From Candidatus Cloacimonadales bacterium (GTDB taxonomy: Bacteria; Cloacimonadota; Cloacimonadia; Cloacimonadales; JAIOQZ01): DNA of 64,000 nt. The first letter of the stretch is position 1. The number at the start of each line of letters is the position of its first letter. Below, piece after piece: positions 29,023 through 41,189 of this stretch. The notes under the pieces are model-generated. The model saw only the letters and a program-made list of their open reading frames with translations, had not been told where the DNA came from and did no database searches. Where the stretch lies: the NCBI GenBank assembly GCA_963662655.2, contig CAXXTU010000002.1, positions 2,048,001 to 2,112,000 of the forward strand. The letters run 5' to 3'. The position numbers were made by a program, and so were the translations under genes.

Positions 29023-29129
29023 TGTCATCCTGAGCGGAGTCGAAGGATGGATTCAGCATTGAATGATCCTTCGACTCCGCTCAGGATGACAGAGACTGTG
29101 GCAAGCCTTCGATTCCGCTCAGGATGACA
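29023..29129. repeat. REP-like palindromic units (three copies)
   Basis: TGTCATCCTGAGCGGAGTCGAAGGAT (29023-29048), its perfect inverse (29066-29091) and a third inverse copy (29106-29129), between convergent genes. Confidence 0.85.
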
Positions 29130-29214
29130 GAATAGGGAAATTCAGGATAATACGCTTCATTAGATGCTTATCCACGCCGTTTGAAAGAGAGTCAAACATA
29201 ATACCCTGATACGC

Positions 29215-29682
29215 TCATTTCATAATCGGAAGATGGATATCCAGAACCAGCGTATCCATATCGCTTCCGCCCAGATGCTTCTCCATCCACTGGTGCGTCG
29301 CATGGGAGTAGTCGCTCTGATCGACCCACTCCATCAGGCCCATCCATGTCTTCATGATCATGGAAGGATCGCCCTTGGGCTCACATCGTGCAACCGCGTA
29401 CAAGCCACCGTAGAAATCCACGATCCGCATATCGCCTTCCGGGATGACTTCTTTATCGATCTCCAGCAGAAACTCGTAGCCGTACGTTGCGCCTTCGCAA
29501 CACGGATTCGGATTGTTGAAGCCCATGATCGTGCGGGATGAGAGGTCTTGATACCGGGGATTCTCTTTCACCCAATTCTCGAGCTTCCTCCACGCGTTCA
29601 TCTCAGGCTCTTCGCCAAAGTGGTAAAAACTTGCGCACCGCATGTGCGGTAATTCAACAATATTCACAGGTAAATTCGTCAT
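29215..29682 (-). CDS. GyrI-like small-molecule-binding domain protein
   Basis: VNIVELP, EPEMNAW, GFNNP, YGYE, GGLYAV, LDIHLPI. Confidence 0.85.
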   Translation of the reverse strand: MTNLPVNIVELPHMRCASFYHFGEEPEMNAWRKLENWVKENPRYQDLSSRTIMGFNNPNPCCEGATYGYEFLLEIDKEVIPEGDMRIVDFYGGLYAVARCEPKGDPSMIMKTWMGLMEWVDQSDYSHATHQWMEKHLGGSDMDTLVLDIHLPIMK

Positions 29683-29718
29683 GATGCCTCCCTTGAAACA
29701 TTCTATATTACAGATGCT

Positions 29719-31719
<2,001 letters not shown>

Positions 31720-31924
31720 GCTGCCTCACTTGTTGCGATAATGTTATCAGTTCCATTTATGGAACGAGGGGGAAATCTGGCAAGAACTTTCTCTTGATTA
31801 ATATAGACGTTGAATGTTCTGCTTCCGGGCAGTTTCCTGAAACGACAAGAGACACAAAACATTGACACACCTGCGACCTTCAATATAGCATACAACCAAC
31901 TAGCTTAAAAACGCTGGAGGAATC

Positions 31925-32806
31925 ATGAGGTATTTACTTCTCTCTATCGTGTTAATGGCTTGCAGCCTGCTTGCAGCCGAAACCTGGATATACGAAAAAA
32001 CCGTCGTCGAGCTTCCCATGGGCGAAGCGGAGAACCAACTGAGTGTACATATTGTACCAAGAGACTATGACTGCTTGGATGAAGGCCCAACAAGTTTCAC
32101 GGTCGATGAGGACGAGAATATCTACGTTCTAACCAGGCGCAAGAACATCATCAAGAAATTCGACAAGGATGGAAACTTCGTTTGTGCCTCGAAATATGAA
32201 GGATGTGCTGGTGACGTAATCCGGTTTCTCGGTTACCATGACGGAATGATTTATACAATGAGCGGAGATATGAGTGTTGTATGTGTCAGGCGATATTCCA
32301 TGAATCTTGAACTTGTTGATTATCATACCGTCAAACAGGATGGTAGATTCTATTATGGTTTCAGTTTCACTGAAAGCTATCAAGGAAAATTCGGATTGCT
32401 CATCTACGATGGACCTCAAGCGATACAAGCAGGCGAACTTGTGCTGCAAAATAACCAATATCATATCAAGAACATGGAGCTGTTCAATTTCACCTACAAG
32501 CCCATAGACCTGAAAAAGGTATGGCGTTCCGATATCGGATATCGATTCATGAACTATGATAGAGATAACTACTTGTATTTCGAAAACTTGGTTGCTCCAT
32601 TGACAGCAACGGAACTCGGCATTGTAACGGAAAATGGCGATTTCATCTCCACGAATGTCGTTTTCGATTCAAATTTAGTTCATGATGTGCATTTCCACGA
32701 TAGAGTTTATCCTTTTATTTCAAAGTCCGGAGTTGCCTATAACCTGGTAGTTTCAAAGGACAAAATTGAGTATATCCGCTGGCATAAGACAGGAGTTGAG
32801 AAATGA
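31925..32806 (+). CDS. Secreted hypothetical protein, possible NHL/beta-propeller start
   Basis: GGAGG RBS, signal peptide, GPTSFTVDEDENIYVL..IKKFDKDG; visibly more AT-rich than uvrB. Confidence 0.7.
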   Translation: MRYLLLSIVLMACSLLAAETWIYEKTVVELPMGEAENQLSVHIVPRDYDCLDEGPTSFTVDEDENIYVLTRRKNIIKKFDKDGNFVCASKYEGCAGDVIRFLGYHDGMIYTMSGDMSVVCVRRYSMNLELVDYHTVKQDGRFYYGFSFTESYQGKFGLLIYDGPQAIQAGELVLQNNQYHIKNMELFNFTYKPIDLKKVWRSDIGYRFMNYDRDNYLYFENLVAPLTATELGIVTENGDFISTNVVFDSNLVHDVHFHDRVYPFISKSGVAYNLVVSKDKIEYIRWHKTGVEK

Positions 32807-32956
32807 TCTTCTAACCATCGATGCCTCACAAATGCTACCATCGAAGATACCCACTTCTGTTTCGCACACCAGCAACTACCATAACCGTCCACATATTTCC
32901 CTTGACCCGAAACAATCGTCTTGATATCCTATTCCAATTGATTATCAGGTGGTTTT

Positions 32957-33772
32957 ATGAAGATCGATTTACATACACATACAAGCTATTCGGACGGCAA
33001 GCTGCACCCGGAAGAGCTGGTCAGGTTATATGCTGAGCACGGCTTCGATGTTATTTCCATTACCGATCACGACAACATCGACGCGCTTGAACCGGCCCGG
33101 AAAGAGGCGGACAAGCTCGGACTCGAATTGATCCCGGGCGTGGAAATCAGCACCCTGTTCGAGGATCGCGATCTGCACATCCTCGGCTACTACGTGGAGC
33201 TGAACAAGGAGATGCTTGATCTCCTCGATTTCATCCGCCACGAACGGGTGTATCGCGCGGAGAAGATGCTGGCGCTGCTCAAGGAGCACTTCAACATCGA
33301 GCTGAAGATGGAACGCCTCTTCGAGATCAGCGGTTCCCGCGATGTCATCGGCAGGCCGCACATCGCCAAGGCCATCCTGGAGGGCGGTTACTGCGATAAT
33401 ATCCAGGACGCCTTCGATCGCTTCATCGGCGACGATTGCCCCGCAAACCTCCCCAAGCAGAGCGTCTCGCCGGAAGAGGCCATCGCCATCATCAAGCGAG
33501 CGGATGGAATCTCCGTCATGGCGCACCCGCTGTACTCCGGCGGGATCACCAACATCAAGGCCATGATCGAAGCCGGTATTCAGGGCGTGGAGATATTCTA
33601 CCCGGGGCAGGAAAACCACCCGGAGTTTGGCAGAACCGCTCGCCGGAACGAACTGGTCATGACCGGCGGCAGCGACTTCCACGGCTTCAAATCGGACTAT
33701 GAAGTGATGAAAACTTTCAGTGCACCCGATTCCTGCGTTCTCGAATTAAAGAAACTCAAAGGAGTGCAATAA
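32957..33772 (+). CDS. PHP-family metal-dependent phosphoesterase (TrpH/YciV-like)
   Basis: DLHTHTSYSDG, ITDHD, PGVEIS, HILGY, GRPHIA, AHP, TGGSDFHG. Confidence 0.93.
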   Translation: MKIDLHTHTSYSDGKLHPEELVRLYAEHGFDVISITDHDNIDALEPARKEADKLGLELIPGVEISTLFEDRDLHILGYYVELNKEMLDLLDFIRHERVYRAEKMLALLKEHFNIELKMERLFEISGSRDVIGRPHIAKAILEGGYCDNIQDAFDRFIGDDCPANLPKQSVSPEEAIAIIKRADGISVMAHPLYSGGITNIKAMIEAGIQGVEIFYPGQENHPEFGRTARRNELVMTGGSDFHGFKSDYEVMKTFSAPDSCVLELKKLKGVQ

Positions 33773-34299
33773 TGCCGGAAAATCGAATCCCGGGCATCCT
33801 TCCCGCGAAAAAAGTGTATCGATTCAACCAGTTCGTGCGCTGGCTCGTGCTGGTGTTTGCCGTTGCGGCGTCAGCCTACGCGGTATGGGTCGCATTCAAT
33901 AAAATCGGTGCGGACACGAAGATATTCTTCAAGATCGTCCCCTTCATTATTGTTTTCCTCGCGGTCAACACAATCATCAAAAACCTCTTCAGCATCAACA
34001 CGGTCCGCTTTACCGCCGGGGCCATCCAGTTCGGCTTTATCGGCAGGGCGAAGGTCGTGATCCCGTGGGAATCGATGAAGAAGATGGAGTTCGTGACCTC
34101 GCGCCAACGCCTCATCCGTATCACGTACGACAAGAACGGCAACGACGCGGTGTTCACCTTCACGACCGCTTTCCCGAAGATTCTCGAAATCCTCAACGGA
34201 ATCCTGGGCATGAAACCGGACATCGAGATGGATGAATTCCTCGACAAGGTTCTGGTCGGTCCACCAACATACAATATAGACGAAAAAGAAGACAAATAA
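33772..34299 (+). CDS. Two-TM membrane protein of unknown function
   Basis: Two hydrophobic helices then a possible PH-like domain (IPWESMK); translationally coupled to the PHP gene. Confidence 0.7.
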   Translation: MPENRIPGILPAKKVYRFNQFVRWLVLVFAVAASAYAVWVAFNKIGADTKIFFKIVPFIIVFLAVNTIIKNLFSINTVRFTAGAIQFGFIGRAKVVIPWESMKKMEFVTSRQRLIRITYDKNGNDAVFTFTTAFPKILEILNGILGMKPDIEMDEFLDKVLVGPPTYNIDEKEDK

Positions 34300-34309
34300 A
34301 GCGAGTGAT

Positions 34310-35434
34310 ATGCGAATCGCTTTCTTAGGTCCCGCCCACCCCATCCGGGGAGGAATCGCTCAATTCATCGCCATTCTGGCCCAGCGACTCCAGAAAAGGG
34401 GCCATGAAGTGAAGGTGTTCTCCTTTCACCGGCAATATCCCAAAATTCTATTCCCGGGCAAGGAGCAGGTCGACCACAGCAAGAAGCGGATCGAGCTGGA
34501 CATCCAGGCCGTTGTAACGCCATACAATCCACTGACGTGGCCTTCCGCGCTACGGCAGATCAAGCGCTGGAAGCCGGATGTCCTCATCATGAAATACTGG
34601 ATACCCTTCTTTGCTCCCATGTACGCGTGGATGGTTCGGAAGCTGAAGAAACACACCGGCATCCGCACCATCTTTGTGATCGACAACATCGAATTTCACG
34701 AGAAATGGATCGCAGGCGATACATTGACTCGCCTGGCCCTGGGCAAAGCTGACAACCTGATCACCATGTCGGACGCGGTGTATCGTTCCGTGGACAAGGT
34801 ACTGCCGGGATTTCCCGCGCATAAGGTCGTTCCGCTCTTCCACCCCAATTACGACTACTATACGGAGCCCGTTACACGCGAGACGGCCAAGGCCCACTTC
34901 CATCTTGGGGAGGGACCGGTCATTCTGTTCTTCGGCTACATCAAGCGATACAAGGGTCTGGACATCCTCCTGGATGCCGTGCCGGAAATTCGCGAGCAAA
35001 TCCCGGACATCCAGCTATTGATCGCCGGAGAGGTCTACGGCGACCCGGGCGAGTACGAGGAGAAAATCGCCTCGCTCGGTGACTGCGTGAATTTCCAGAA
35101 TCGTTTCATCAACAACGAAGAGGTGCCTTATTTCTTCAACGCCAGCGACGTGGTGGTTCTCCCCTATCGTAGCGCTACGCAGAGCGGAATAACGCAACTC
35201 GCTTTCGCTTTCGACAAACCAGTCGTGGCGACGGATGTTGGAGGGCTTTCTGAAGTGATTCACGACGGGAAGAACGGATTCCTCGTCGAAGCGGAGAATA
35301 CTTCCGCTGTCGCTGAGGGCGTTGTGAGGTTCTTCAAGGAAAACCGGGGAGAGGCGTTTGCGAACGAAATCCGCATGGAGAAGGCGAAATACGACTGGGA
35401 GCCTTTCGTGGATGAAGTGGAGAAACTGCTTTGA
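34310..35434 (+). CDS. GT4 glycosyltransferase
   Basis: RGGIAQF, LFFGYIKRYKGLD, VLPYRSATQSG, PVVATDVGGL. Confidence 0.92.
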   Translation: MRIAFLGPAHPIRGGIAQFIAILAQRLQKRGHEVKVFSFHRQYPKILFPGKEQVDHSKKRIELDIQAVVTPYNPLTWPSALRQIKRWKPDVLIMKYWIPFFAPMYAWMVRKLKKHTGIRTIFVIDNIEFHEKWIAGDTLTRLALGKADNLITMSDAVYRSVDKVLPGFPAHKVVPLFHPNYDYYTEPVTRETAKAHFHLGEGPVILFFGYIKRYKGLDILLDAVPEIREQIPDIQLLIAGEVYGDPGEYEEKIASLGDCVNFQNRFINNEEVPYFFNASDVVVLPYRSATQSGITQLAFAFDKPVVATDVGGLSEVIHDGKNGFLVEAENTSAVAEGVVRFFKENRGEAFANEIRMEKAKYDWEPFVDEVEKLL

Positions 35435-36696
35435 AACGATGCCTGCTTCTCACCTACTATTTCCCGCCTTGCGGGGGAGCCGGAGTCCAGCGCTGGGTAC
35501 GCTTCCTGCGCTACCTGCCACAAAACGGCTGGCTGCCGACGGTTATAACTACAAAAGACGGAGACTACCCCGTAATCGATGACAGCCTTCTCACCACGAT
35601 CCCGCCAGAGATCGAGATCATCCGCACGCACACACCGTCTTATGCGGGATTGTTCCGTAAACTCGCCGGCAAGAAGGCGCAGATTCCCTACGGGGATTTC
35701 AGCACAAGCAAGAAGGATTCACCCCTTAAGCGATTAGCCTTTTTCCTTCGACTCCACACCGTTGCGCCGGACATGCGCATCCTATGGAATCCATACCTTT
35801 ACAGGGCCGCGCTGGAAGAGCTTCGAACGAAGAAGTACGATTGCATCCTCACCACCGCTCCACCCCACTCGACGCATCTGGTGGCGAAGAAGCTGAAAAA
35901 GAGATTCGGGATCCCCTGGCTGGCCGATTTCCGCGATCCGTGGACCAAGGTCTTCTACCTCCAGCAGCAAAAACAGAATCCCGTAATCCGGGCCATCAAC
36001 AACCGTATGGAGAGAGGCGTTGTCGGAAACGCCGACGTGAATCTGATCATCACGAAGTATATCGCGGACGAGCTTCCCAATGGCAACAAGGTTGTGCTTT
36101 ATAACGGATACGATCAGCAGGATTTCGAGAAGGCGGAATACCGGAAATCGGAGAAATTTCGTCTGAAATTCATCGGAAAGGTCACCCAGGGGCAGGACAT
36201 CGCCGCAGCGATTTCGGCAATCGAGGAGCTGCGTAACGATGGCTTGGACAAGCTCGAGGCGGTCTTTATTGGAACGTGGAACAAGGGGCAGGAACCGTTC
36301 GGGCAAAGCTTCATCCGCTATCTCCCACAGCAGCCGCACGCTGAAGCCGTTCGGCAGATCGTGGATGCGGAAGCTCTGCTGCTGCTGATCAACCAGTATG
36401 AAGGTAGCAAAGGCATGCTCACCACGAAGCTGTTCGAGTACGTTGGAGCGAAAACGCCGATCGTAGCGCTTGGCGATACGCGAGGGGAAGCAAACGCGGT
36501 TCTGCGTGATTATGGCGCAGGAAAGATGTTCGAATACAACGACGCGAAGAATTTCAAGCAGGAAATCGGAAGATTGTATCGTGCCTGGGAAAGCGGCCGG
36601 GCAATCCGCAATCAGAAAGACGTGGCATCCCTATCTGCCAGGGAACAAACGAAAGAATTGGCGGACATCCTCAATCGGATGCTCCCTCTTCCTTGA
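35431..36696 (+). CDS. GT4-like glycosyltransferase
   Basis: TYYFPPCGGAGVQRW, TAPPHSTH, WLADFRDPW, YNGYD, KLFEY; TTG start. Confidence 0.88.
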   Translation: MKRCLLLTYYFPPCGGAGVQRWVRFLRYLPQNGWLPTVITTKDGDYPVIDDSLLTTIPPEIEIIRTHTPSYAGLFRKLAGKKAQIPYGDFSTSKKDSPLKRLAFFLRLHTVAPDMRILWNPYLYRAALEELRTKKYDCILTTAPPHSTHLVAKKLKKRFGIPWLADFRDPWTKVFYLQQQKQNPVIRAINNRMERGVVGNADVNLIITKYIADELPNGNKVVLYNGYDQQDFEKAEYRKSEKFRLKFIGKVTQGQDIAAAISAIEELRNDGLDKLEAVFIGTWNKGQEPFGQSFIRYLPQQPHAEAVRQIVDAEALLLLINQYEGSKGMLTTKLFEYVGAKTPIVALGDTRGEANAVLRDYGAGKMFEYNDAKNFKQEIGRLYRAWESGRAIRNQKDVASLSAREQTKELADILNRMLPLP

Positions 36697-36943
36697 AACG
36701 CTCGATAATCGTGTAGTACTCCGGCGCGGTTTTCTTCGAAACATTCCCCACCGGTATCTTTTCTATCTTGAGCTTCGTGTTCCAACCGAACACCGAGTAT
36801 TCTATCTCGTCTCCATCGGAAACGATCGTGCTTGCCTTGGAAACTTTTCCGTTGAGCTTTACCAGATTGCTGTCGCAGGCTTTCTTCGCCATGCTGCGTG
36901 TCTTCATCAGGCACAATGTGTTAAGCAGTTGATCGATGCGCAT
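36671..36943 (-). CDS. S4-domain RNA-binding protein (Hsp15/RqcP-like)
   Basis: MRIDQLL..KTRSMAKKAC..VKLNG..K.S..V..GD. Confidence 0.88.
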   Translation of the reverse strand: MRIDQLLNTLCLMKTRSMAKKACDSNLVKLNGKVSKASTIVSDGDEIEYSVFGWNTKLKIEKIPVGNVSKKTAPEYYTIIERFKEEGASD

Positions 36944-37066
36944 ATAAACCCCTGTTATTCTTTTGTGCCACCTTTATCAAATATTATCTGGCAGGCAATT
37001 TTTTTCCTTGCCAGATTTTCCTGTATCGTGATTTTGGCTTTCACATGAATTGTAAGGAGCTTGTAA

Positions 37067-37627
37067 ATGGCTGGAATGAATGATCTCCGTAACGGAATGG
37101 TTATTAACTGGCGTGGCAAACTTTGGGAAGTTGTTGAATTTCTCCATGTGAAGCCAGGCAAAGGCGCCGCTTTCGTGCGCTCGAAAATCAAGGATGTCAT
37201 GACGGGGCAGGTGATTGAAAACACCTGGCGCTCCAGCGACAAGTTTGACGAAGTTCGCATCGAAAAGGTGAATAAGCAATATCTCTATTTCGATGGAAGC
37301 TTCTATGTGTTTATGGACAACGACACCTACGAACAGATGTCTGTCCCGGAAGAAGTGATTGGCGACATTGCACCTTACATGATCGAGAACATCGAAGTGT
37401 GGATGCGCATCGATCCGAATGGCAAGATCATCGGTATCGAGCTTCCCATCACGATCGAGATGGAAATCACGGAATGTGAACCGAATGTGAAAGGTAACAC
37501 GGCCTCGGGTGGCGGCAAGGGCGCGGTCACACAAACCGGCCTGAAAGTTACAGTTCCCTTCTTCATCGAAGTTGGCGACCATATAAAAATTGATACTCGT
37601 TCAGGCGAGTATCTGGAACGTGTATAA
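37067..37627 (+). CDS. efp: Elongation factor P (Lys-type loop)
   Basis: HVKPGKGAAFVR, QYLY, FMDNDTYEQ, KGNTA, VPFFIEVGD.IKIDTR.GEYLER. Confidence 0.97.
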   Translation: MAGMNDLRNGMVINWRGKLWEVVEFLHVKPGKGAAFVRSKIKDVMTGQVIENTWRSSDKFDEVRIEKVNKQYLYFDGSFYVFMDNDTYEQMSVPEEVIGDIAPYMIENIEVWMRIDPNGKIIGIELPITIEMEITECEPNVKGNTASGGGKGAVTQTGLKVTVPFFIEVGDHIKIDTRSGEYLERV

Positions 37628-37693
37628 AAATAAAAAAATACTTGACAACCTACTCGATGTAGATCAAATTATCTATGTTGATGCGGAGGAAAA

Positions 37694-37900
37694 ATGGCTA
37701 AAGGTAGATCTTTCTCAGCAAAATTGGCACATGAAATCTCAACCGAAGGTAAAGTGATTTGCCCGGTTTGCAACACTGAAGTGAAACAAGTGAAACTGAT
37801 TCGGGCTAGAAAATCCAAAAGCGAAAGCTGGGCCCCACGGTATGAGTTCATTAAAATGTGCAAATGCAACGAAAATGATGTTATGAGCGGTAAAGTTTAG
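37694..37900 (+). CDS. Small basic CxxC/CxC protein, possible zinc-binding bL38/DUF4295-like ribosomal protein
   Basis: GGAGG RBS; MAKGRSF..., CPVC and CKC, Lys-rich; follows efp. Confidence 0.7.
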   Translation: MAKGRSFSAKLAHEISTEGKVICPVCNTEVKQVKLIRARKSKSESWAPRYEFIKMCKCNENDVMSGKV

Positions 37901-37935
37901 AGTTCTCACACCCTACATAAAATGCCCTCCTAGCG

Positions 37936-37969
37936 AATACCCTCTAATCGCCCGATTAGAGGGTATTTC
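37936..37969 (+). terminator. Hairpin / possible terminator
   Basis: AATACCCTCTAATCG-CC-CGATTAGAGGGTATT perfect stem, short U tail. Confidence 0.55.
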
Positions 37970-38054
37970 CATTTTAGAAATCCTCTTCTCTTTGCAGTCT
38001 CTCTTACAAATTCTCCATACAGCACCAGAAAACCCGGCATCGCACAACCATACA

Positions 38055-38234
38055 GCGCGCAGACGGCGTGTGTGCATAGCACACGAGAATGCATCCCTAC
38101 TCATCCCCAATAAATGAGCAGGGATGCATTCTCAGAAAGCCCCCAAAAAGCCCCGACAACATGCTTCATCCACCAGTTGTTACCGGTTTGATTCATGTTG
38201 TCGGGGCGTATGGGCTTCCACGCCGTCCGCGCGC
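38055..38234. repeat. Four-way-junction structured element, family A, copy 2
   Basis: Stems 38055-38069/38220-38234, GTGTGC-ATA-GCACAC, 38085-38104/38114-38133, AAGCCC..GCCCCGACAACATG/CATGTTGTCGGGGC..GGGCTT. Confidence 0.85.
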
Positions 38235-38251
38235 GGCAAGCAGGTCGAAAC

Positions 38252-39151
38252 CTATTTCACTTTCACAAGCTTGTCCATCGGAACGCGCATGATATCCTTC
38301 TGTTCGTTGGTCACGATCAATTCGTCACCGTCCCAGCAAATTCCCTCGCATTGCCTTGCCTTGATCGGCAAATACTCAACGCTTCCGGTAAGCCATTCAC
38401 CCGGCGTGTCTGCCGTGAACACCCAGAGATTCAAATACGTGAGTACTGCCAGCTTCCTGCCGTCGGGCGTACAATCCGCACCGGTAACGTTCCCGATCTT
38501 GACGTCGAAGGTTTCAAGCTTGGTGAGAACGTTTTCTTCAAGCTGATTCTCGCTTTCCAGCCTGTACAGCGTCGTGTTTGTATCGGAGCGGTTCTTACTC
38601 AGCAGATAGATATGTCCACCAGCGTAGAATACGGCTTCGCAGTCGTAATTGCGCATTTTGGGCGGAAACTCCTCCTGGTCGGGATAACGGAACGGTATCT
38701 TCTTCGAGTACCGGCAGGCAATCGTGTTGTCCGGAACCGGCTCTTCGACAATGTACAACGCAAGATCCTTGCGCGTATTGCCGTTGTTGCCGCAAGCTCC
38801 GATAATCAGATTCCCCCTATCGTCGGCAGCGATATCCTCCCAATCGATATTCACCGCGTCGGGAATTGAGATGCCTTCAAACTCGGGGTACCATTCCGGC
38901 TTGAAGCAATCTCCCTTCAGATCGAACGGAAAGATGCGCGCCTTGTCACCGCTGTCATTCAGCGTCCAGAAAACACCGTCGTACTGCCGGCTCTTAACAA
39001 TCGCGCTCGATTCATCGATCTCCGCATGCGAGAAAGCCGTGACAGGCTTAAGATACACCGTATCGACCACAGGTACTTCAATCGAAATCACATCCTGCGC
39101 CATGATGGCGCACACGAGCATCAAAAAAGTAATTAAAATTGCGTATTTCAT
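38252..39151 (-). CDS. Secreted beta-propeller-like hypothetical protein
   Basis: Signal peptide; ESSAI, WTLNDSG, DWEDIA, GNNGNTR, DCEA, VTGAD, QCEGI motifs. Confidence 0.8.
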   Translation of the reverse strand: MKYAILITFLMLVCAIMAQDVISIEVPVVDTVYLKPVTAFSHAEIDESSAIVKSRQYDGVFWTLNDSGDKARIFPFDLKGDCFKPEWYPEFEGISIPDAVNIDWEDIAADDRGNLIIGACGNNGNTRKDLALYIVEEPVPDNTIACRYSKKIPFRYPDQEEFPPKMRNYDCEAVFYAGGHIYLLSKNRSDTNTTLYRLESENQLEENVLTKLETFDVKIGNVTGADCTPDGRKLAVLTYLNLWVFTADTPGEWLTGSVEYLPIKARQCEGICWDGDELIVTNEQKDIMRVPMDKLVKVK

Positions 39152-39260
39152 ACTCCCACTCCTCAATTGCATCATGCGGCAGCATCCCATTCCGAAATCT
39201 TCTTGTCAAGGAGAAGCATTCAACGTGAAATGGGTCTCAAGAGAACCCACAGGAGTGATT

Positions 39261-39986
39261 ATGGACCACGTAGCACACTATAAAACGGATGCAGAACTTT
39301 TCGATTATTTCGATGAAGAATTCGTCTCTCCCGACGAACAACGACGACGTCAGGTAGTTTTCCACCTTTGTCGGCCAGGTCTCGGAGAGAAAATACTCGA
39401 CGTTGGATCCGGCAGCGGCTGGTTCTCCATCGAGATGGCGCAACGAGGATTCGACATTACGGCCCTAGACCTCTCCGAGAAGAATCTCGAGCGTATTAAG
39501 CAAAGCGCTCCAGCCGTCAAGACAGCAGCGGCTGACGCTTACAAAACGCCCTTCGAGTCGGGCAGCTTCGACTGGGTCATCGCCAACGAGATTATAGAAC
39601 ACCTCGAGAATCCGGTAGAAGCCCTTAAAGAGTGGCGCAGGATCCTCAAACCCGGTGGAAAAGTCCTGTTGGCAACACCCTATCGCGAAAAAATCCTGTA
39701 CGCGCTATGCATCCACTGCAATCGCAAAACGCCGCTCCATGCGCATCTTCATTCCTGGACGAAAGTATCGCTACGTGAAGCATTCGTCGAAGGCGGATTC
39801 AAACGCGGCTGCATGGTGCCCTTTTTCAACCAATACCTCTCTCATTTCAGGATCAACACACTCCTGCAAAAGATTCCATTCCTTTGCTGGTTCCTGCTGG
39901 ATCGCGTCATGAACAAATGGACCGACAAACCCCGTTTCATCGCCGTCATTGCTCGGAAATCAATGGAGGAACCATGCCAACAGTAA
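39261..39986 (+). CDS. Class I SAM-dependent methyltransferase
   Basis: ILDVGSGSG, PFESGSFD, EIIEHL, RILKPGG; AGGAG RBS before ATG 39261. Confidence 0.9.
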   Translation: MDHVAHYKTDAELFDYFDEEFVSPDEQRRRQVVFHLCRPGLGEKILDVGSGSGWFSIEMAQRGFDITALDLSEKNLERIKQSAPAVKTAAADAYKTPFESGSFDWVIANEIIEHLENPVEALKEWRRILKPGGKVLLATPYREKILYALCIHCNRKTPLHAHLHSWTKVSLREAFVEGGFKRGCMVPFFNQYLSHFRINTLLQKIPFLCWFLLDRVMNKWTDKPRFIAVIARKSMEEPCQQ

Positions 39987-41062
39987 AAGATATTGCCGCT
40001 ATCGTTCACCGATTCGCCCCCCCGGCTCTCGCTTACGAGTGGGACAATCCGGGATTGCAAGTGGGCGACTGGTCGCAGGAAGTTACCAAAATCCTCGTAG
40101 CGCTCGATGTGACACCCAGCGCACTCGATTACGCGCTGGAGATCGGCGCAAATATGATCATTTCCCATCATCCGCTGATCTTCCGGAAAATCCGCAACAT
40201 CACCGATCCCTTCCTTCTCGATCTCATCCGGAATAACATCGCCGTCCTCAGCGCGCACACCAACCTCGATGTCACCATCGATGGCGTGAATCATGAGCTC
40301 GCGAAAACGCTTGGCATTGGTAATCTGAAGTACATCAGCAACGAAAGCGGCGCCGGATATTTCCATATTGCTGTATACGTGCCGGAAGATAATCTGGAAT
40401 TACTTGCAGAAGCCGTTTACAAAACCGGCGCGGGTCGCATCGGCGAGTACAGGGATTGCGGAACGCAGCACCCGGTTAAAGGAAGATTCGAGCCGCTTAC
40501 CGGAGCAAATCCAACGATCGGCGAAATCGGGCGTAAAGAAACCGTGCGCGAGATGAAGTTCGAGTTCTTCGCCGACAGTACAAACCTGAACGCTGCGATC
40601 AGCGCCATGAAATCGGTACACCCCTACGAAGAACCGATTTTTGCAATATACCCACAGCATCAGAGCAGTCCGAACTACGGCCTCGGCCTGATAGGCACAC
40701 TCGATTCACCAATGTCCCTCAGCGATTTCGCTCAGTACGTGAAAGGCTGCTTGCATGCGCCATTTGTCAGACTATGGGATGCTGGCAAGTCACATCAAAC
40801 TCCCATATCAAAAGTCGCGCTCTGTGGCGGTTCAGGTTCCTCGCTCCTCGGGAAGGCATCTGGAAAAGCCGACGTTTTTATCTCCGGCGACTTCACTTAC
40901 CACACTTTGCTCGATTCCAGAATGCCCATCATCGATGCCGGACACTTCTATACGGAGTTCCCCTCACTCCAAATTATAAAAAAAATTCTCACCCACTGCG
41001 AAGTGGACATCGAAATACTAGCTCTTGAAAACCACGAGGGATCAAGGCTCCTCTCTGTATAA
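39974..41062 (+). CDS. Nif3-like dinuclear metal centre protein (YqfO type with PII-like insert)
   Basis: WDNPGLQVG, ISHHPLIF, AHTNLD, HPYEEP, CGGSG, DAGHFYTE; GGAGG RBS. Confidence 0.93.
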   Translation: MPTVKDIAAIVHRFAPPALAYEWDNPGLQVGDWSQEVTKILVALDVTPSALDYALEIGANMIISHHPLIFRKIRNITDPFLLDLIRNNIAVLSAHTNLDVTIDGVNHELAKTLGIGNLKYISNESGAGYFHIAVYVPEDNLELLAEAVYKTGAGRIGEYRDCGTQHPVKGRFEPLTGANPTIGEIGRKETVREMKFEFFADSTNLNAAISAMKSVHPYEEPIFAIYPQHQSSPNYGLGLIGTLDSPMSLSDFAQYVKGCLHAPFVRLWDAGKSHQTPISKVALCGGSGSSLLGKASGKADVFISGDFTYHTLLDSRMPIIDAGHFYTEFPSLQIIKKILTHCEVDIEILALENHEGSRLLSV

Positions 41063-41189
41063 GAAATGCGCTCATTAATGGGAGGGTGGGCGCATGGAAT
41101 TGGAAATGGATTTGCCGACTTCGCAAATCCAGTTTCAAATCCATGCGGGACCGCTTCTCTCCAAGCGCATTTCGTCAATAATCGCACGA

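Noticed and set aside
29023..29129. CRISPR array
   Set aside because: Units are inverted and only 14-17 bp apart; no cas genes
38724..39260. N-terminal extension of the methyltransferase in the ORF track
   Set aside because: Overlaps the opposite-strand gene; RBS supports ATG 39261
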